DNA of 64,000 nucleotides from Candidatus Nanoarchaeia archaeon (GCA_028279655.1 JANQNH010000007.1:35338-99337), one strand, 5' to 3'. Shown: positions 9,721-20,031, counted from the stretch's first letter. Translations and numbers: made by a program. Notes: a model not told the origin generated them from the letters alone.

Positions 9721-10797
9721 CTATATCTTCCCAATCTCTACCTTTCCTTTCTTTACCTTTATAACAAACTCTTCCTTATCATTAAGGTTAGCGATATCCG
9801 TAACTATCTTAGGCAACAGTACTCTTTCTCCTCTAAAATCAAGATTAGACAATATCTGCTGCTCCTTAGCGCCCTTATCGATAGCTATCTCCTTGATTAT
9901 ATCCCCTGCCCCCTTCTTTGTACCTTTATCAGTAAAATGTTTTGTCTTTTCAGAAAGGAACTTAGCCATCTTATCAGCAACATTTATTCCAGTAGCTAAG
10001 GTTACTCCCTGCAATCCAGGAGAAAGATTAAGCTCAACAACAACAGGCCCTTTAACGCTCTCCAGCATATCGACAGCACATATATCTGCGCCTATAACCT
10101 TAGCAGCATCAACAGCTATCTTCTTCATATGGGTGTCAGGCAAAAAAGCCTCTCCCTCTCCTCCGGAATGGATATTTGCTCTCTTCTCTCCAACAACTGC
10201 CTTTCGTTTCATAGCTGCAACAACCTTATCCCCAACAACAATCACCCTGATATCCTCTCCTCCTGTCTCTATATATTCCTGGATAAGGAACGGCTGTCTC
10301 AGTGACTCTAAAGCATCCATAAGTGAGGAAGCTGCTGCAAAACTCTCTGCATACATCACTCCCTTTCCGCCAGTTCCGGATGGAAACTTGAATATGATCG
10401 GATAATTCACCTTCTGCAGTATCTTCTTAGCAGCTGTTGGAGAAGATGTAAGATAGGTAGTTGGCATAGGGATCTTAGCCTGCTGCAAAAACAGGTGAGT
10501 CAGCAGCTTATCGTGTCCTACTGTAAAAGCCCCTGCCTTTATTGGCATATATGTAGAAGGATAGTATACCCCTGTGACTGCCCTTAGGGTCTGAGCGTAT
10601 CTGAAGCTCCCTTTAGCATATATGCAGTCGTAGGATTTCAAAGGTTTGCCATTGTAAAGAACGTCTGATTTCCCTGAAGAAAGATTAACCTCTATATTCT
10701 TAAGATCAACATTATCAACACTATCAAAATACTTCTTCATAGCTTCTATAGTCCATCTTGAGCTCTCAGAGCCCAAGGATATAACAGCTGCCTTCAT
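9721..10797 (-). CDS. RimK/LysX-family ATP-grasp ligase with C-terminal AbrB-like extension
   Basis: DKLLT, GTGGKGV, IQEYI, DIRV, RANIHSGG, VELNLSPG; ATGA overlap with upstream gene. Confidence 0.9.
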   Translation of the reverse strand: MKAAVISLGSESSRWTIEAMKKYFDSVDNVDLKNIEVNLSSGKSDVLYNGKPLKSYDCIYAKGSFRYAQTLRAVTGVYYPSTYMPIKAGAFTVGHDKLLTHLFLQQAKIPMPTTYLTSSPTAAKKILQKVNYPIIFKFPSGTGGKGVMYAESFAAASSLMDALESLRQPFLIQEYIETGGEDIRVIVVGDKVVAAMKRKAVVGEKRANIHSGGEGEAFLPDTHMKKIAVDAAKVIGADICAVDMLESVKGPVVVELNLSPGLQGVTLATGINVADKMAKFLSEKTKHFTDKGTKKGAGDIIKEIAIDKGAKEQQILSNLDFRGERVLLPKIVTDIANLNDKEEFVIKVKKGKVEIGKI

Positions 10798-11153
10798 TTT
10801 TTTCTTGACGCATCGATAAGATATCCGTGCTTCAGGACATTCTGCCCTATAAGAACCCTGTACTTCATATGCCATCTATCTGCTAATGTAAACTCTTCCT
10901 TCATCTTCTTTCCCGCTAACCCCAAGTCTACCTCAACAACAGGCCTCATCTTGTTCCCAGAAGCAGATTTAACCAATTTTGACTTTACTATAGGCCCAAG
11001 CTTAAGCTGAGATGCAAGGTTGATATCCACAGAGCTTTTAGAAGCCCCTGTATCTATCTTCGCCATTATTGTCTTCTTTCCTGACTTACCAAATATAATT
11101 ACTGGTTCCACTAGACCAATAACTGTTTTTCCGTTTATCTTATCGTATTTCAT
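10794..11153 (-). CDS. RimK-associated retropepsin-like putative protease
   Basis: AKIDTGA, RPVV, FTLADR, VLIG motifs; translationally coupled to the RimK-family gene. Confidence 0.88.
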   Translation of the reverse strand: MKYDKINGKTVIGLVEPVIIFGKSGKKTIMAKIDTGASKSSVDINLASQLKLGPIVKSKLVKSASGNKMRPVVEVDLGLAGKKMKEEFTLADRWHMKYRVLIGQNVLKHGYLIDASRKK

Positions 11154-11297
11154 TAGTTTTTAGAATTCCTACTGATGTTTTTAAACTTTACGTTTCGAAT
11201 GTAGTGAGAAACGTGAATGATTAGAATCTTTTTTCTAAAACTTTACGTTTACTTTTAATCTTGTTCTCAGGTAGTATCCTTTCAATATAACAAAACA

Positions 11298-11319
11298 TTT
11301 AAATATAAGTTATATAACT
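11298..11319 (+). promoter_or_regulatory. TATA box plus 12-bp palindrome AGTTATATAACT (candidate vapBC operator)
   Basis: TTTAAATA at 11298 followed by a perfect palindrome at 11308-11319. Confidence 0.5.
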
Positions 11320-11339
11320 ATAATTTATGGTGATATAAC

Positions 11340-11552
11340 ATGTCCACAACCGTTGCTTTAGATGAAAACACATTTGACTTACTAAAATATATGAAGAAAG
11401 AGACTGACAGTGTAACCTATAGTGAAACAATAAGAAAACTTATTTTAAAAGCTAAAAAACCAAAAGAAAGCTTTTTTGGAATAGCAAAAGGTATGCCTCC
11501 ATTCAAAAGAGAAGAGATTGACAGATTTGAAACAAAATGGAAGAAGAGATAA
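11340..11552 (+). CDS. VapB-type antitoxin
   Basis: Small protein with TTVAL...YSETIRKL, overlapping a PIN gene. Confidence 0.8.
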   Translation: MSTTVALDENTFDLLKYMKKETDSVTYSETIRKLILKAKKPKESFFGIAKGMPPFKREEIDRFETKWKKR

Positions 11553-11938
11553 GGGAAAACCAACCGCTCTTAGTTGACTCTTGTGTTTGGATAGAGTTAA
11601 TAAGGGGAAGCAAAATAGGAAAAACATTAAAAAAATATATTGATGGAGATTATGATATTCTGATTAGTTCCATAACCATCACAGAAGTCTATCATTACAC
11701 ACTAAAGTATGAGGGTGAAACCTTAGCAAAAAGATTCCTTAACTTTATGATACAAAGGTCTTTCACCATACCGGTAATAAAAGATATAGCGATAAAAGCA
11801 GCTGAAATAAAAACAGAAAAAAAGTGGGGTATTGGCGATTCAATAATATATGCAACATGCTTAGCAAGAGAAGCTAAAATATTAACTTGTGATTCTGATT
11901 TTCGTAATGAAGAAAGAGCAATATACTTAAAAAAATAA
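11537..11938 (+). CDS. vapC: VapC PIN-domain toxin
   Basis: LVDSCVWIE, ITEV, GDSIIYA, LTCDSDF acidic PIN tetrad. Confidence 0.92.
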   Translation: MEEEIRENQPLLVDSCVWIELIRGSKIGKTLKKYIDGDYDILISSITITEVYHYTLKYEGETLAKRFLNFMIQRSFTIPVIKDIAIKAAEIKTEKKWGIGDSIIYATCLAREAKILTCDSDFRNEERAIYLKK

Positions 11939-11939
11939 T

Positions 11940-12953
11940 CTAGGCAAATCTTTCCTTAACCATCAGTTCCCCTATCTGCACTGCATTCAAGGCAGCGCCT
12001 TTTAATATCTGGTCACCACACACAAAGAACTCCAGCCCATTCTCACCAAATACAAGATTCTGCCTAATCCTACCTACCTCAACATCATACTTCTTAGTAG
12101 CAGTCAAAGGCATAGGGTACACATTATTCTCAATATCATCCTTGACCTCAATTCCAGCAGTTTCCCCAAACAACTTTCGAACCTCACCCGGATCAATAGG
12201 CTTCTCTGTCTCAACAACTATCGATTCAGAATGGACCCTCATAGTCGGTATCCTGACACATGTGCAGGAGATCCTAGGCTTTTCATCAGAAAATATCTTA
12301 TGTGTCTCCCAGACTACCTTCATCTCTTCCTTAGTATAATCATTCTCCTGAAACTTATCGATATGCGGAATAACATTAAAAGGTATAGGATAGGCAAATA
12401 TCTTGTTTCCTGCTTCTCCACCATCAAGCACCTTCTTCGTCTCTGCTTCCAGTTCATCCATGCCCCCGTTACCAGCACCGCTCGTACTTTGATATGTTGA
12501 TATTATCACCTTCTTAAGACCATAATTCTGATGGATAATCCATAAAGGGATAGCAGCAATAGCAGTTGTACAGTTTGGGTTAGCTATCAGCTTTGAATCA
12601 CCGATAGCATCTGGATTGATCTCAGGTATAACCAAAGGAACATTATCATCATACCTAAATGTAGAAGAATTATCAATGACGATACAGCCAGCTTCAGTAG
12701 CCTTTGGAGCATTCTCTTTAGGCCATCCTCCACCTATAGCAAAAAAAGCCATATCCAATTGAGAAAAATCAGCACCATCTGCTAGTTCAACTGTCTTAAC
12801 ACCCATTGGTGTTTCTATCTCCTTCCCAACACTCCTCTCAGAAGCATACAGCCTTAACTCGCCGATAGGGAACTTCCTATCAAAAAGAACCTTCAGAAGC
12901 TCCTTTCCAACCATCCCTGTTGCTCCGAATATTCCAACTCTTAGATTTTTCAT
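11940..12953 (-). CDS. asd: Aspartate-semialdehyde dehydrogenase
   Basis: GATGMVG, IANPNCTT, CVRIP, VHSE, KGAALNAVQI. Confidence 0.97.
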   Translation of the reverse strand: MKNLRVGIFGATGMVGKELLKVLFDRKFPIGELRLYASERSVGKEIETPMGVKTVELADGADFSQLDMAFFAIGGGWPKENAPKATEAGCIVIDNSSTFRYDDNVPLVIPEINPDAIGDSKLIANPNCTTAIAAIPLWIIHQNYGLKKVIISTYQSTSGAGNGGMDELEAETKKVLDGGEAGNKIFAYPIPFNVIPHIDKFQENDYTKEEMKVVWETHKIFSDEKPRISCTCVRIPTMRVHSESIVVETEKPIDPGEVRKLFGETAGIEVKDDIENNVYPMPLTATKKYDVEVGRIRQNLVFGENGLEFFVCGDQILKGAALNAVQIGELMVKERFA

Positions 12954-13009
12954 AAAAAAGAAGAAAAAAAGGTTATTTATAAAGATTATGTTAGGATGGT
13001 AACAGATTA

Positions 13010-14278
13010 TTATCTTGCTATGGCAGTATCGATTGCTTGATATAATCCCTCGGGAGTTTTTAGGTCTGCATTTGGTCTTCCCTGTGTAAGGAATTTAAAC
13101 AATCCACCAAAGTTATATTGCCTAAATCCTTCTGTCCTCCTTCCAGAGATATAAAGTCTTGCAGTTAGATTAGCCATCTGGACCGCTTGCTCTACATCAA
13201 GTTTTCCTGACTTATAATCATCAAGCCTATTTAATATGTAAGAATTCAGACCTGCTCTCCAAGAATCCCCTGCACCTGTAGTATCAAAGAACTTCCCTTC
13301 CTCTTTTGATGTATGGAACCAGTTATCAACCTCAATTTCCTTTGTTCCGTCACCAGGGTGATAATAAAGAAGAGACGTCTTTTCAGGGGAAGTAATCGCA
13401 TATAATCTAGCCTCGTCTCCTTTACAGAAATTGTTTTCCAAATAAGTTAAAAATGCCTTTTTGTTATTCCCAGCTGTAGGCAGATTATATTGAGGTACTA
13501 TCAAATTAACCTCATCATCAGAACAGACAAACATATCAGCAACTTCCAAAGAAGGTTTAAGACATTCGTACCTTTGGGGCTCAGCAGCATAGGTATGGGT
13601 GTCAACCATCACTAAAGATTCTAGGTTCTCTTTAATCCAACTGATTCCCTCGGCCAACCTTCTGCCTCCATCAAGATCAGCTCCTTCCTCAAACAATCCA
13701 GAATAACTTATCTGAACTATCTTAGGATTTGCTATCACTAACCTATCTTTAACATCATTCGCAAAGTCAAAATGCTTGCCAGCATCCTCACAAAAGGTTA
13801 TTGGAGCCCTATTTCCAGTTTCATCCTGAGGTATAAAAGAAACATCCGACCTATACCTATCATCAGTAATCAATCCGGAGATATTCACTCCATACCCACT
13901 TATCCCCCCTGCAAAAAATCCACCCTCAATATCATTCCCAATAATCCCTACAAGACCTGTCTTAATACCAAGCGCTGCAGCAGGAAGCACAACATTCCCT
14001 CCTCCGCCATATTCTACTGATTGTAGTTGTGATGCAACGAGTGAGGGTCTTTTAGAAATAAACTCTTCCGGTGGAACTGCTAAATGTCCCTCTTCTATCT
14101 GCAATCCAGGTATTATAACAGGTTCCTTAACATCACATACCATAACAGCTGCACTAAGAAGATCTACTTGATTATCATCATTTAATCTCAAATATTCTAG
14201 GGCTTTTGCAGCAGTATTATATTTACCTGGATTAATTTTTTGTAGTGCTTTTGCTCTCTTGAAATCAGATGATGATAT
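13010..14278 (-). CDS. PfkB-family carbohydrate kinase
   Basis: GGGGNV, GIIGND, DTTGAGDSW; frame is open to an ATA at 14278 behind an AGGTGA SD (track start is TTG 14191). Confidence 0.85.
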   Translation of the reverse strand: MSSSDFKRAKALQKINPGKYNTAAKALEYLRLNDDNQVDLLSAAVMVCDVKEPVIIPGLQIEEGHLAVPPEEFISKRPSLVASQLQSVEYGGGGNVVLPAAALGIKTGLVGIIGNDIEGGFFAGGISGYGVNISGLITDDRYRSDVSFIPQDETGNRAPITFCEDAGKHFDFANDVKDRLVIANPKIVQISYSGLFEEGADLDGGRRLAEGISWIKENLESLVMVDTHTYAAEPQRYECLKPSLEVADMFVCSDDEVNLIVPQYNLPTAGNNKKAFLTYLENNFCKGDEARLYAITSPEKTSLLYYHPGDGTKEIEVDNWFHTSKEEGKFFDTTGAGDSWRAGLNSYILNRLDDYKSGKLDVEQAVQMANLTARLYISGRRTEGFRQYNFGGLFKFLTQGRPNADLKTPEGLYQAIDTAIAR

Positions 14279-14302
14279 TTCGATTCACCTTTGGTAGTCT
14301 TA

Positions 14303-15562
14303 TTATGCCTTTCTCGAAGCAGTTACAGCTCCTGTCGTTAAGTAATATTTTGTCAAAAGCCTACTCATCTCCAGGCTTCTTGGATATGGATCTTGTCCTG
14401 CCAGATACCTAAAGGCTTGATTCGAAACCTGCTCAAAATGTTCGAAATGATTAGGCCCTTTTGGAAGCACAAGTTTGAATCTACCATCCTCTTTTTCATA
14501 ATTAATACTCTGGTCATCAAACTTCTTCCTTAGCTTAACAACATGTTCCTTCAAAGCTTCCTCAGTTTGCTCTGCATCTCCTCTAGGGGTAATATAAACA
14601 TGCTGTCTATCATCATCAGAACCTTTTACTACGTCTATTATAACCTTCTTTCCCCTAATTACCGAGTAATGCTCATCATCTTTTCCACTAAGAGCCCAAT
14701 CGACCTTTATACCAACATTAACTCCATTTACCTGATAGACAAATTCCCCATTGCAGTATACATCACCAGGTGTTTTCTCTGCAGTTTTTGTTATGGCCTC
14801 AAAATTAGACTGAGGTACATTAGTAGCCCATCTCCTGCATTTATCTTCAATCAATCTGACATTATCAGGATAAACTGGTCTATCCTGCATGACTAGCAAG
14901 TTTGCCATGTCAGCTAGGTGGGCAGTAACATCAGCATTCCCTTCTCCCTGCCAAGCAACATCAAAATAATCAGGTCTTCTTTCAACACCTAAGTGAGATT
15001 TATCAAGGATATGAACACTTCTTTTAGTGATTGCAGGATTATCAGGAGTATTGTCATCCAACCCACCAAATAGATCATCATTTTGCATTATTAGGCCCTG
15101 CATTATCGTACCCAATTCATATCTCTCTGTCATTATGTCATGAATTATTGTTCCTTTTTGTTCTGCCTTTTCAATAACCTTTTCTAAGGTTCCCATCCTA
15201 TCTTTTTCAATAACCCATGGCTTATCACAGATGATCATTTCATAACCAGCTTCAATGGCTTTATCTATCACATCTATCTTATCTACATTAGGGCAGGCCA
15301 GAACGAGCACATTCCCTCGTTTCTGTTTAAGCATCTCTTCCAAGGCATCTTCACTGCCTTTATAATCGAGGTTATATCCAGTATCCACCCTCCCTGCCTT
15401 TATCTGGCCTCTAAACTCACGAAGGTGGTTATCAGGAGTATACCAAACAGTAACATCCCTATCAATCTCAAGTCCTTCTATATCCGAATACATAGACTGC
15501 AAAGGCAGTGCCCCATGAAAATGTACTGGTTGGAAAACATCTATCTTAGCTTTTTTAACCAT
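14303..15562 (-). CDS. Gfo/Idh/MocA-like putative oxidoreductase
   Basis: CDKPW, DIMTERYE, QGEG..DVTAHL motifs; lies within the sugar operon. Confidence 0.75.
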   Translation of the reverse strand: MVKKAKIDVFQPVHFHGALPLQSMYSDIEGLEIDRDVTVWYTPDNHLREFRGQIKAGRVDTGYNLDYKGSEDALEEMLKQKRGNVLVLACPNVDKIDVIDKAIEAGYEMIICDKPWVIEKDRMGTLEKVIEKAEQKGTIIHDIMTERYELGTIMQGLIMQNDDLFGGLDDNTPDNPAITKRSVHILDKSHLGVERRPDYFDVAWQGEGNADVTAHLADMANLLVMQDRPVYPDNVRLIEDKCRRWATNVPQSNFEAITKTAEKTPGDVYCNGEFVYQVNGVNVGIKVDWALSGKDDEHYSVIRGKKVIIDVVKGSDDDRQHVYITPRGDAEQTEEALKEHVVKLRKKFDDQSINYEKEDGRFKLVLPKGPNHFEHFEQVSNQAFRYLAGQDPYPRSLEMSRLLTKYYLTTGAVTASRKA

Positions 15563-15606
15563 TTTTTATCCCTCCTAATCATATTGTCTAGTTTTAAAAT
15601 TAAAAA

Positions 15607-17136
15607 CTAACTCTTATGCATCTGATCGTACATCGCAATCTTGCTATTTAGCATCGGTAACCATCTTTGGGTGTAAATTTGTTGATAGATCTGTGGTAAA
15701 ACGCCTAAATCATCTGGTCTGTAGATCTCTTTTGATTCAAGTCCTCTATGTGAGTCATCCATAGGGATCAATCCTGCACCAACAGCTGCTCCTCTTGCAG
15801 CACCTTCTGCACCATCAGTATTAAACAATTCAAGCGAAGCACCATTAACAGCTGAGAATATTTTACAGAAATCCTCGCTCTTAAACAAATTCGCATAGCA
15901 AGCACGGATTTGAGAAGGATCAACACCACATTCTTTGGACATAATATCTATACCATATTTCATAGCATAGGCAATCCCTTCCATAGAAGCTCTTAAATGA
16001 TGACCAGCTTTTTGGGTATTGAAAGATCCCCCTTCCATACTCCATCCAAGGTCACGCCCTTCAAGAGTTCGTTCTGCACCGTTTCCAAAAGGAAACATCA
16101 ACAAACCATCACTGCCAGGATCAACCTTGCTTACAAGGTCATTCATATGTTCATAATCAAATCTTGAATCTGCTATAAAATTATCCTTTAACCATTCATA
16201 GAGAATAGCTGCACCATCCAAACATGAAAGTACCCCATATCTTGGATCACTAGCCGTATGGTTACCATGACGAAAGATATTAACACGGGATTTAAGATCA
16301 TACTTCGCTTTATCTGAGATGCCATAGGTAACTCCTGATGTTCCAGCGTTTGTCCCAACCATGCCTGGAGAATTAACACCTAATGCCCAGGCATTATTGG
16401 GTTGGTCTCCATGTCTATAAGAGATAAGTGTACCCTCATTTAAACCAAGTTCTCCAGCAGCACCCTTAGATATAGTGGCTTGTTCACCAAACGTTGGTAC
16501 AATCTCAGGGATTAATTTTTCATCAAAATCGAAATACTTCATCACCATTTGAGCTAAACAATCATCCTGATGGTTCCAAAGCATACCTTCTGAAAGTCCT
16601 GACTTAGTAGTCTGAGCTTTCCCACTCATCCTCATAGCAAGCCAGTCACCTGGAAGCATAATATGCTTAATTGTAGCATATAATTCTGGTTCGTTATCCT
16701 TAACCCACCTAAGTTTTGCCGCTGTAAAATTACCGACTTGATTGAAAAGATTTTCGAGACATTTCTGTTCACCGATCTCGCTTGTAGCTAATTTCCCTAT
16801 ATCTATAGCACGATCATCACACCAAATGATTGATGGTCGAACAACCTTCTGGTCTTTATCAACAGCGACAAGACCATGCATCTGATACCCAATACCCACT
16901 GCTTTAACGTCATCAGCATTGTATTGTGTTTCTGCTTGGAGTTGCTTGGTAGCCGCCACAACATTACTCCACCACATATCGGTATCCTGTTCTGCCCATC
17001 CCTTCTGAACTACAATTATATCCTGTTTTTGTTTAGGAACTTGTACTGAATCAACCACTTTCCCAGTATCAGCATCAAAAAGGGTTGCTTTGATAAATTG
17101 AGTTCCTAAATCATATCCTATCGTAAGGTTTGCCAT
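15607..17136 (-). CDS. xylB: Xylulokinase (FGGY family)
   Basis: GYDLGT, GYQMHG, IIWCDDR, GDQPNNA, GTSG, GAERTL; downstream of xylA. Confidence 0.9.
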   Translation of the reverse strand: MANLTIGYDLGTQFIKATLFDADTGKVVDSVQVPKQKQDIIVVQKGWAEQDTDMWWSNVVAATKQLQAETQYNADDVKAVGIGYQMHGLVAVDKDQKVVRPSIIWCDDRAIDIGKLATSEIGEQKCLENLFNQVGNFTAAKLRWVKDNEPELYATIKHIMLPGDWLAMRMSGKAQTTKSGLSEGMLWNHQDDCLAQMVMKYFDFDEKLIPEIVPTFGEQATISKGAAGELGLNEGTLISYRHGDQPNNAWALGVNSPGMVGTNAGTSGVTYGISDKAKYDLKSRVNIFRHGNHTASDPRYGVLSCLDGAAILYEWLKDNFIADSRFDYEHMNDLVSKVDPGSDGLLMFPFGNGAERTLEGRDLGWSMEGGSFNTQKAGHHLRASMEGIAYAMKYGIDIMSKECGVDPSQIRACYANLFKSEDFCKIFSAVNGASLELFNTDGAEGAARGAAVGAGLIPMDDSHRGLESKEIYRPDDLGVLPQIYQQIYTQRWLPMLNSKIAMYDQMHKS

Positions 17137-17169
17137 CTTTCAATCACCCTCCAATTATTTCACAATATA

Positions 17170-18396
17170 TTAACTTGCTCTTTTCATATAAGCGCTGTGT
17201 AACGGTTCATCACCGATTCTAATGATCTTAGTCGTATCCTCCCCTCTTATCTTGTCAATTAAATCTAGCTTTTCTTGAACTTCAGCTTTATTCATCATAA
17301 ATCCTACCTTTACCCTATATGTTTTATCTTCTCCTGCTTCTAATCTGCTTAAAACTTTATGCTCTTCTGCCCAATTCCTGCCATTAAACGTACTTCCCGG
17401 TTCAATACCTAAGACTCCTGCCTGAGTATTTTTCCATATATGTAAACAACGCTGTTCTTCAAAGAAGTCATTAAGATTATATTGAACATATATACCTGAT
17501 TCCCTATCCTCAGCAACCTTAGCAACGATTACAGTCCCATCTTCAAGACCTTCAATCCCATCTGAACCCTTGACATTAGTGATATAACATCTTTCTGCAA
17601 GCTCATCACCAATGCCTGTCATCTTACCCCAGTTTTCAATATCAACTTCAGCATCCTTATCACGCGCATACAATTTGGTTATTGGAGCATGCAACTCATC
17701 CCCCTCTCCAATATTAAAATTAGGATGATATAACCACATATAACCAGAATCCCTGTTTGCCTTCAAGGTATCTATAACAGTAAAACCATATTCCCCTGCC
17801 TTTGATTCAACTGTTCTATGAACATCAATATCATACGGCAGCACCATATTACGCTGAGGTATAACTCCACTTACCCTATAAAACAGATCATCCTCTGTCT
17901 GTTCAATGCCTGTCTTCCAAAGGTCATCCTTTTTCCAAATAGCCTCTCTTTGAATTGAATCCGCATTAGGTGAAGTTTGTGAGAACTTTCCATGTAATGG
18001 AAATAATGGTATATGTGTATGATTCTGAGGTTGATTCTTTCCAGCATCGGTTTCAGCAACTGTCAACAGATTTGCACCTGTATTGGAGACCCCTGCTGTA
18101 AAGAAACCCTGGATACTTGCCAAAACACCCTCAACTGAACCCCCATCATATTCTTCTATTGTTTTTGGACCCATAGGATTTTCCCACATCCCTGGTTCTC
18201 CATTTAATCTAACAACCATAGGCTCCAATGCTCTTTCCAAAGAAATCTGAACATCCAAATCCTTAGCAGGAGTCATCACATAAGAAGCCTGATTATAAAA
18301 TCCACCCTGGCTGACTATCACATCATCCCTGACACCAATAGCATTGATTGCTTCAAACTCAGGTCTAGTAAATTGTTTTCCATTTATTTCTGGCAT
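17170..18396 (-). CDS. Aldose 1-epimerase-like (DUF4432-type) protein
   Basis: PLHG, YMWLYHPNF, LGIEPG motifs of the galactose mutarotase-like fold. Confidence 0.7.
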   Translation of the reverse strand: MPEINGKQFTRPEFEAINAIGVRDDVIVSQGGFYNQASYVMTPAKDLDVQISLERALEPMVVRLNGEPGMWENPMGPKTIEEYDGGSVEGVLASIQGFFTAGVSNTGANLLTVAETDAGKNQPQNHTHIPLFPLHGKFSQTSPNADSIQREAIWKKDDLWKTGIEQTEDDLFYRVSGVIPQRNMVLPYDIDVHRTVESKAGEYGFTVIDTLKANRDSGYMWLYHPNFNIGEGDELHAPITKLYARDKDAEVDIENWGKMTGIGDELAERCYITNVKGSDGIEGLEDGTVIVAKVAEDRESGIYVQYNLNDFFEEQRCLHIWKNTQAGVLGIEPGSTFNGRNWAEEHKVLSRLEAGEDKTYRVKVGFMMNKAEVQEKLDLIDKIRGEDTTKIIRIGDEPLHSAYMKRAS

Positions 18397-18455
18397 TTTA
18401 GTTACCTCATCAATTGTATTTAAACACCTAACATTAAAAAACTAAAAATGGAAGA

Positions 18456-19826
18456 TTAACCAGCATTCCTAATTACCGCATCATAAGCTTCCCTTAGTTT
18501 GTTCTCCAGCAATTCTTGTCTACCGCTTCTCAGAGTTAGAACCTTTCCACCATTTTCTCTCCTCATAACCCATTTTTCAATATCCTTAAAATTAGTTGTT
18601 CCTTCAGCAATCTTCTTACCCATCCCTGTTTGTGATGAAGCATATCTATCCACCAACGGTTTGCTCAATGTACCTTCTCTAATTAGATAATCAGCAATAA
18701 GTAATCCTTTTGCCAGAGCATCTACACTACCAATATGTGCGTGAAATATATCATCTAAATCCGTAGATCCTCTTCTAACCTTTGCATCGAAGTTACACCC
18801 ACCAGAAAGACCCCCTTGCTGCATAACCGGCATTAAAACCAATGCTGCTTCTATTGGATCTGTGAGGAATTGATCAGTATCCCAGCCACATGTAGGATCT
18901 CCCCTATTGATATCCATACTCCCAAGTTTACCGGCATTTGCCGCTGTAACCACATCATGTTGGAACGTGTGCCCTGCAAGAGTAGCATGATTATTCTCCA
19001 AATTCAATTCAAAATCATCTTCAAGACCAAATTCCTTCAAGAAGGCTAAACAAGTCGCTGCATCATAATCATATTGATGGCTTGAAGGTTCCCTTGGTTT
19101 CGGCTCAATATAGAATTTTCCCTTAAATCCTTGGCTTCTTCCATAGTCTCTTGCCATAGTCAAGAAAGCTCCAAGTTGTTCCCTCTCCTTCTTCATATCA
19201 GTATTGATTAACGCCTCATATCCTTCCCTTCCTCCCCAAAAGACATAACCTCGACCGCCCAGTTGAATAGTGGCGTCAATAGCAGCTTTAACTTGGCAAG
19301 CGGCATAACCGATCACAGCAGTATCTGGATTAGTAGCAGCACCATGAGTATATCTTGGGTGAGAAAATAGATTTGCAGTTCCCCAAAGATTTTTCTTACC
19401 TGTACCTCTCTGATAAGCATCAGCCAAATCTACCATCTTTTGAAGGTTAAACTTTGATTGCTTTACTGTATCTCCTTCGGGAGCGATATCTCTATCATGA
19501 AAACACCAATAGTCTACTCCAAGCTTTGTAAAAAGCTCAAAGGCAGCATCCATTGTATTTTCAGCAACTTTCATAGGATCATCACCCTGACCCCATGGTC
19601 TATTGTAAACATCAATCGGACCAAACGGATCAGCTCCACTCCCCTTAAATGTATGCCAATAACAAACAGCCATACTAAGCCATTCAGCCATTGTCTTACC
19701 TTGGATTTTTTTATTTGGTTGATACCATTTATACGCAAATGGATCTTTTGAGTCATGACCATCAAATTTTACCATCACATCTCTAAAATATGTATTTGTT
19801 GGTTCCCTTGCTGCTAGTTTTACCAT
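18456..19826 (-). CDS. xylA: Xylose isomerase (class II)
   Basis: YWHTF, FHDRD, WGGREG, IEPKP, ENNH, WDTDQF, NFDAK all present. Confidence 0.97.
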   Translation of the reverse strand: MVKLAAREPTNTYFRDVMVKFDGHDSKDPFAYKWYQPNKKIQGKTMAEWLSMAVCYWHTFKGSGADPFGPIDVYNRPWGQGDDPMKVAENTMDAAFELFTKLGVDYWCFHDRDIAPEGDTVKQSKFNLQKMVDLADAYQRGTGKKNLWGTANLFSHPRYTHGAATNPDTAVIGYAACQVKAAIDATIQLGGRGYVFWGGREGYEALINTDMKKEREQLGAFLTMARDYGRSQGFKGKFYIEPKPREPSSHQYDYDAATCLAFLKEFGLEDDFELNLENNHATLAGHTFQHDVVTAANAGKLGSMDINRGDPTCGWDTDQFLTDPIEAALVLMPVMQQGGLSGGCNFDAKVRRGSTDLDDIFHAHIGSVDALAKGLLIADYLIREGTLSKPLVDRYASSQTGMGKKIAEGTTNFKDIEKWVMRRENGGKVLTLRSGRQELLENKLREAYDAVIRNAG

Positions 19827-20031
19827 CTTACATCCCTCCCGATTATTTTTTTATCTGAACATTTCATTAAATACCCTAAGAAAAAGTTCAAATCCCTATC
19901 TAAGGTCTGATTTATCGTTTAAATCCCCCTAAAACTAAGATTACAAGAACAAATATCTAACTCATTTATATATTTTCCTATTTCTCGACGACAAATTATG
20001 TCCCAAACTGGTGGTAAAAAACAAATATTAT

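Noticed and set aside
11182..11250. Repeated AAACTTTACGTTT as a target-site duplication of vapBC
   Set aside because: Both copies are on the same side of the module and look like BRE/TATA sequence of the minus-strand promoter
19990..20012. Third copy of the TGTCCCA motif upstream of xylA
   Set aside because: Only the left half matches; the GACA arm is missing
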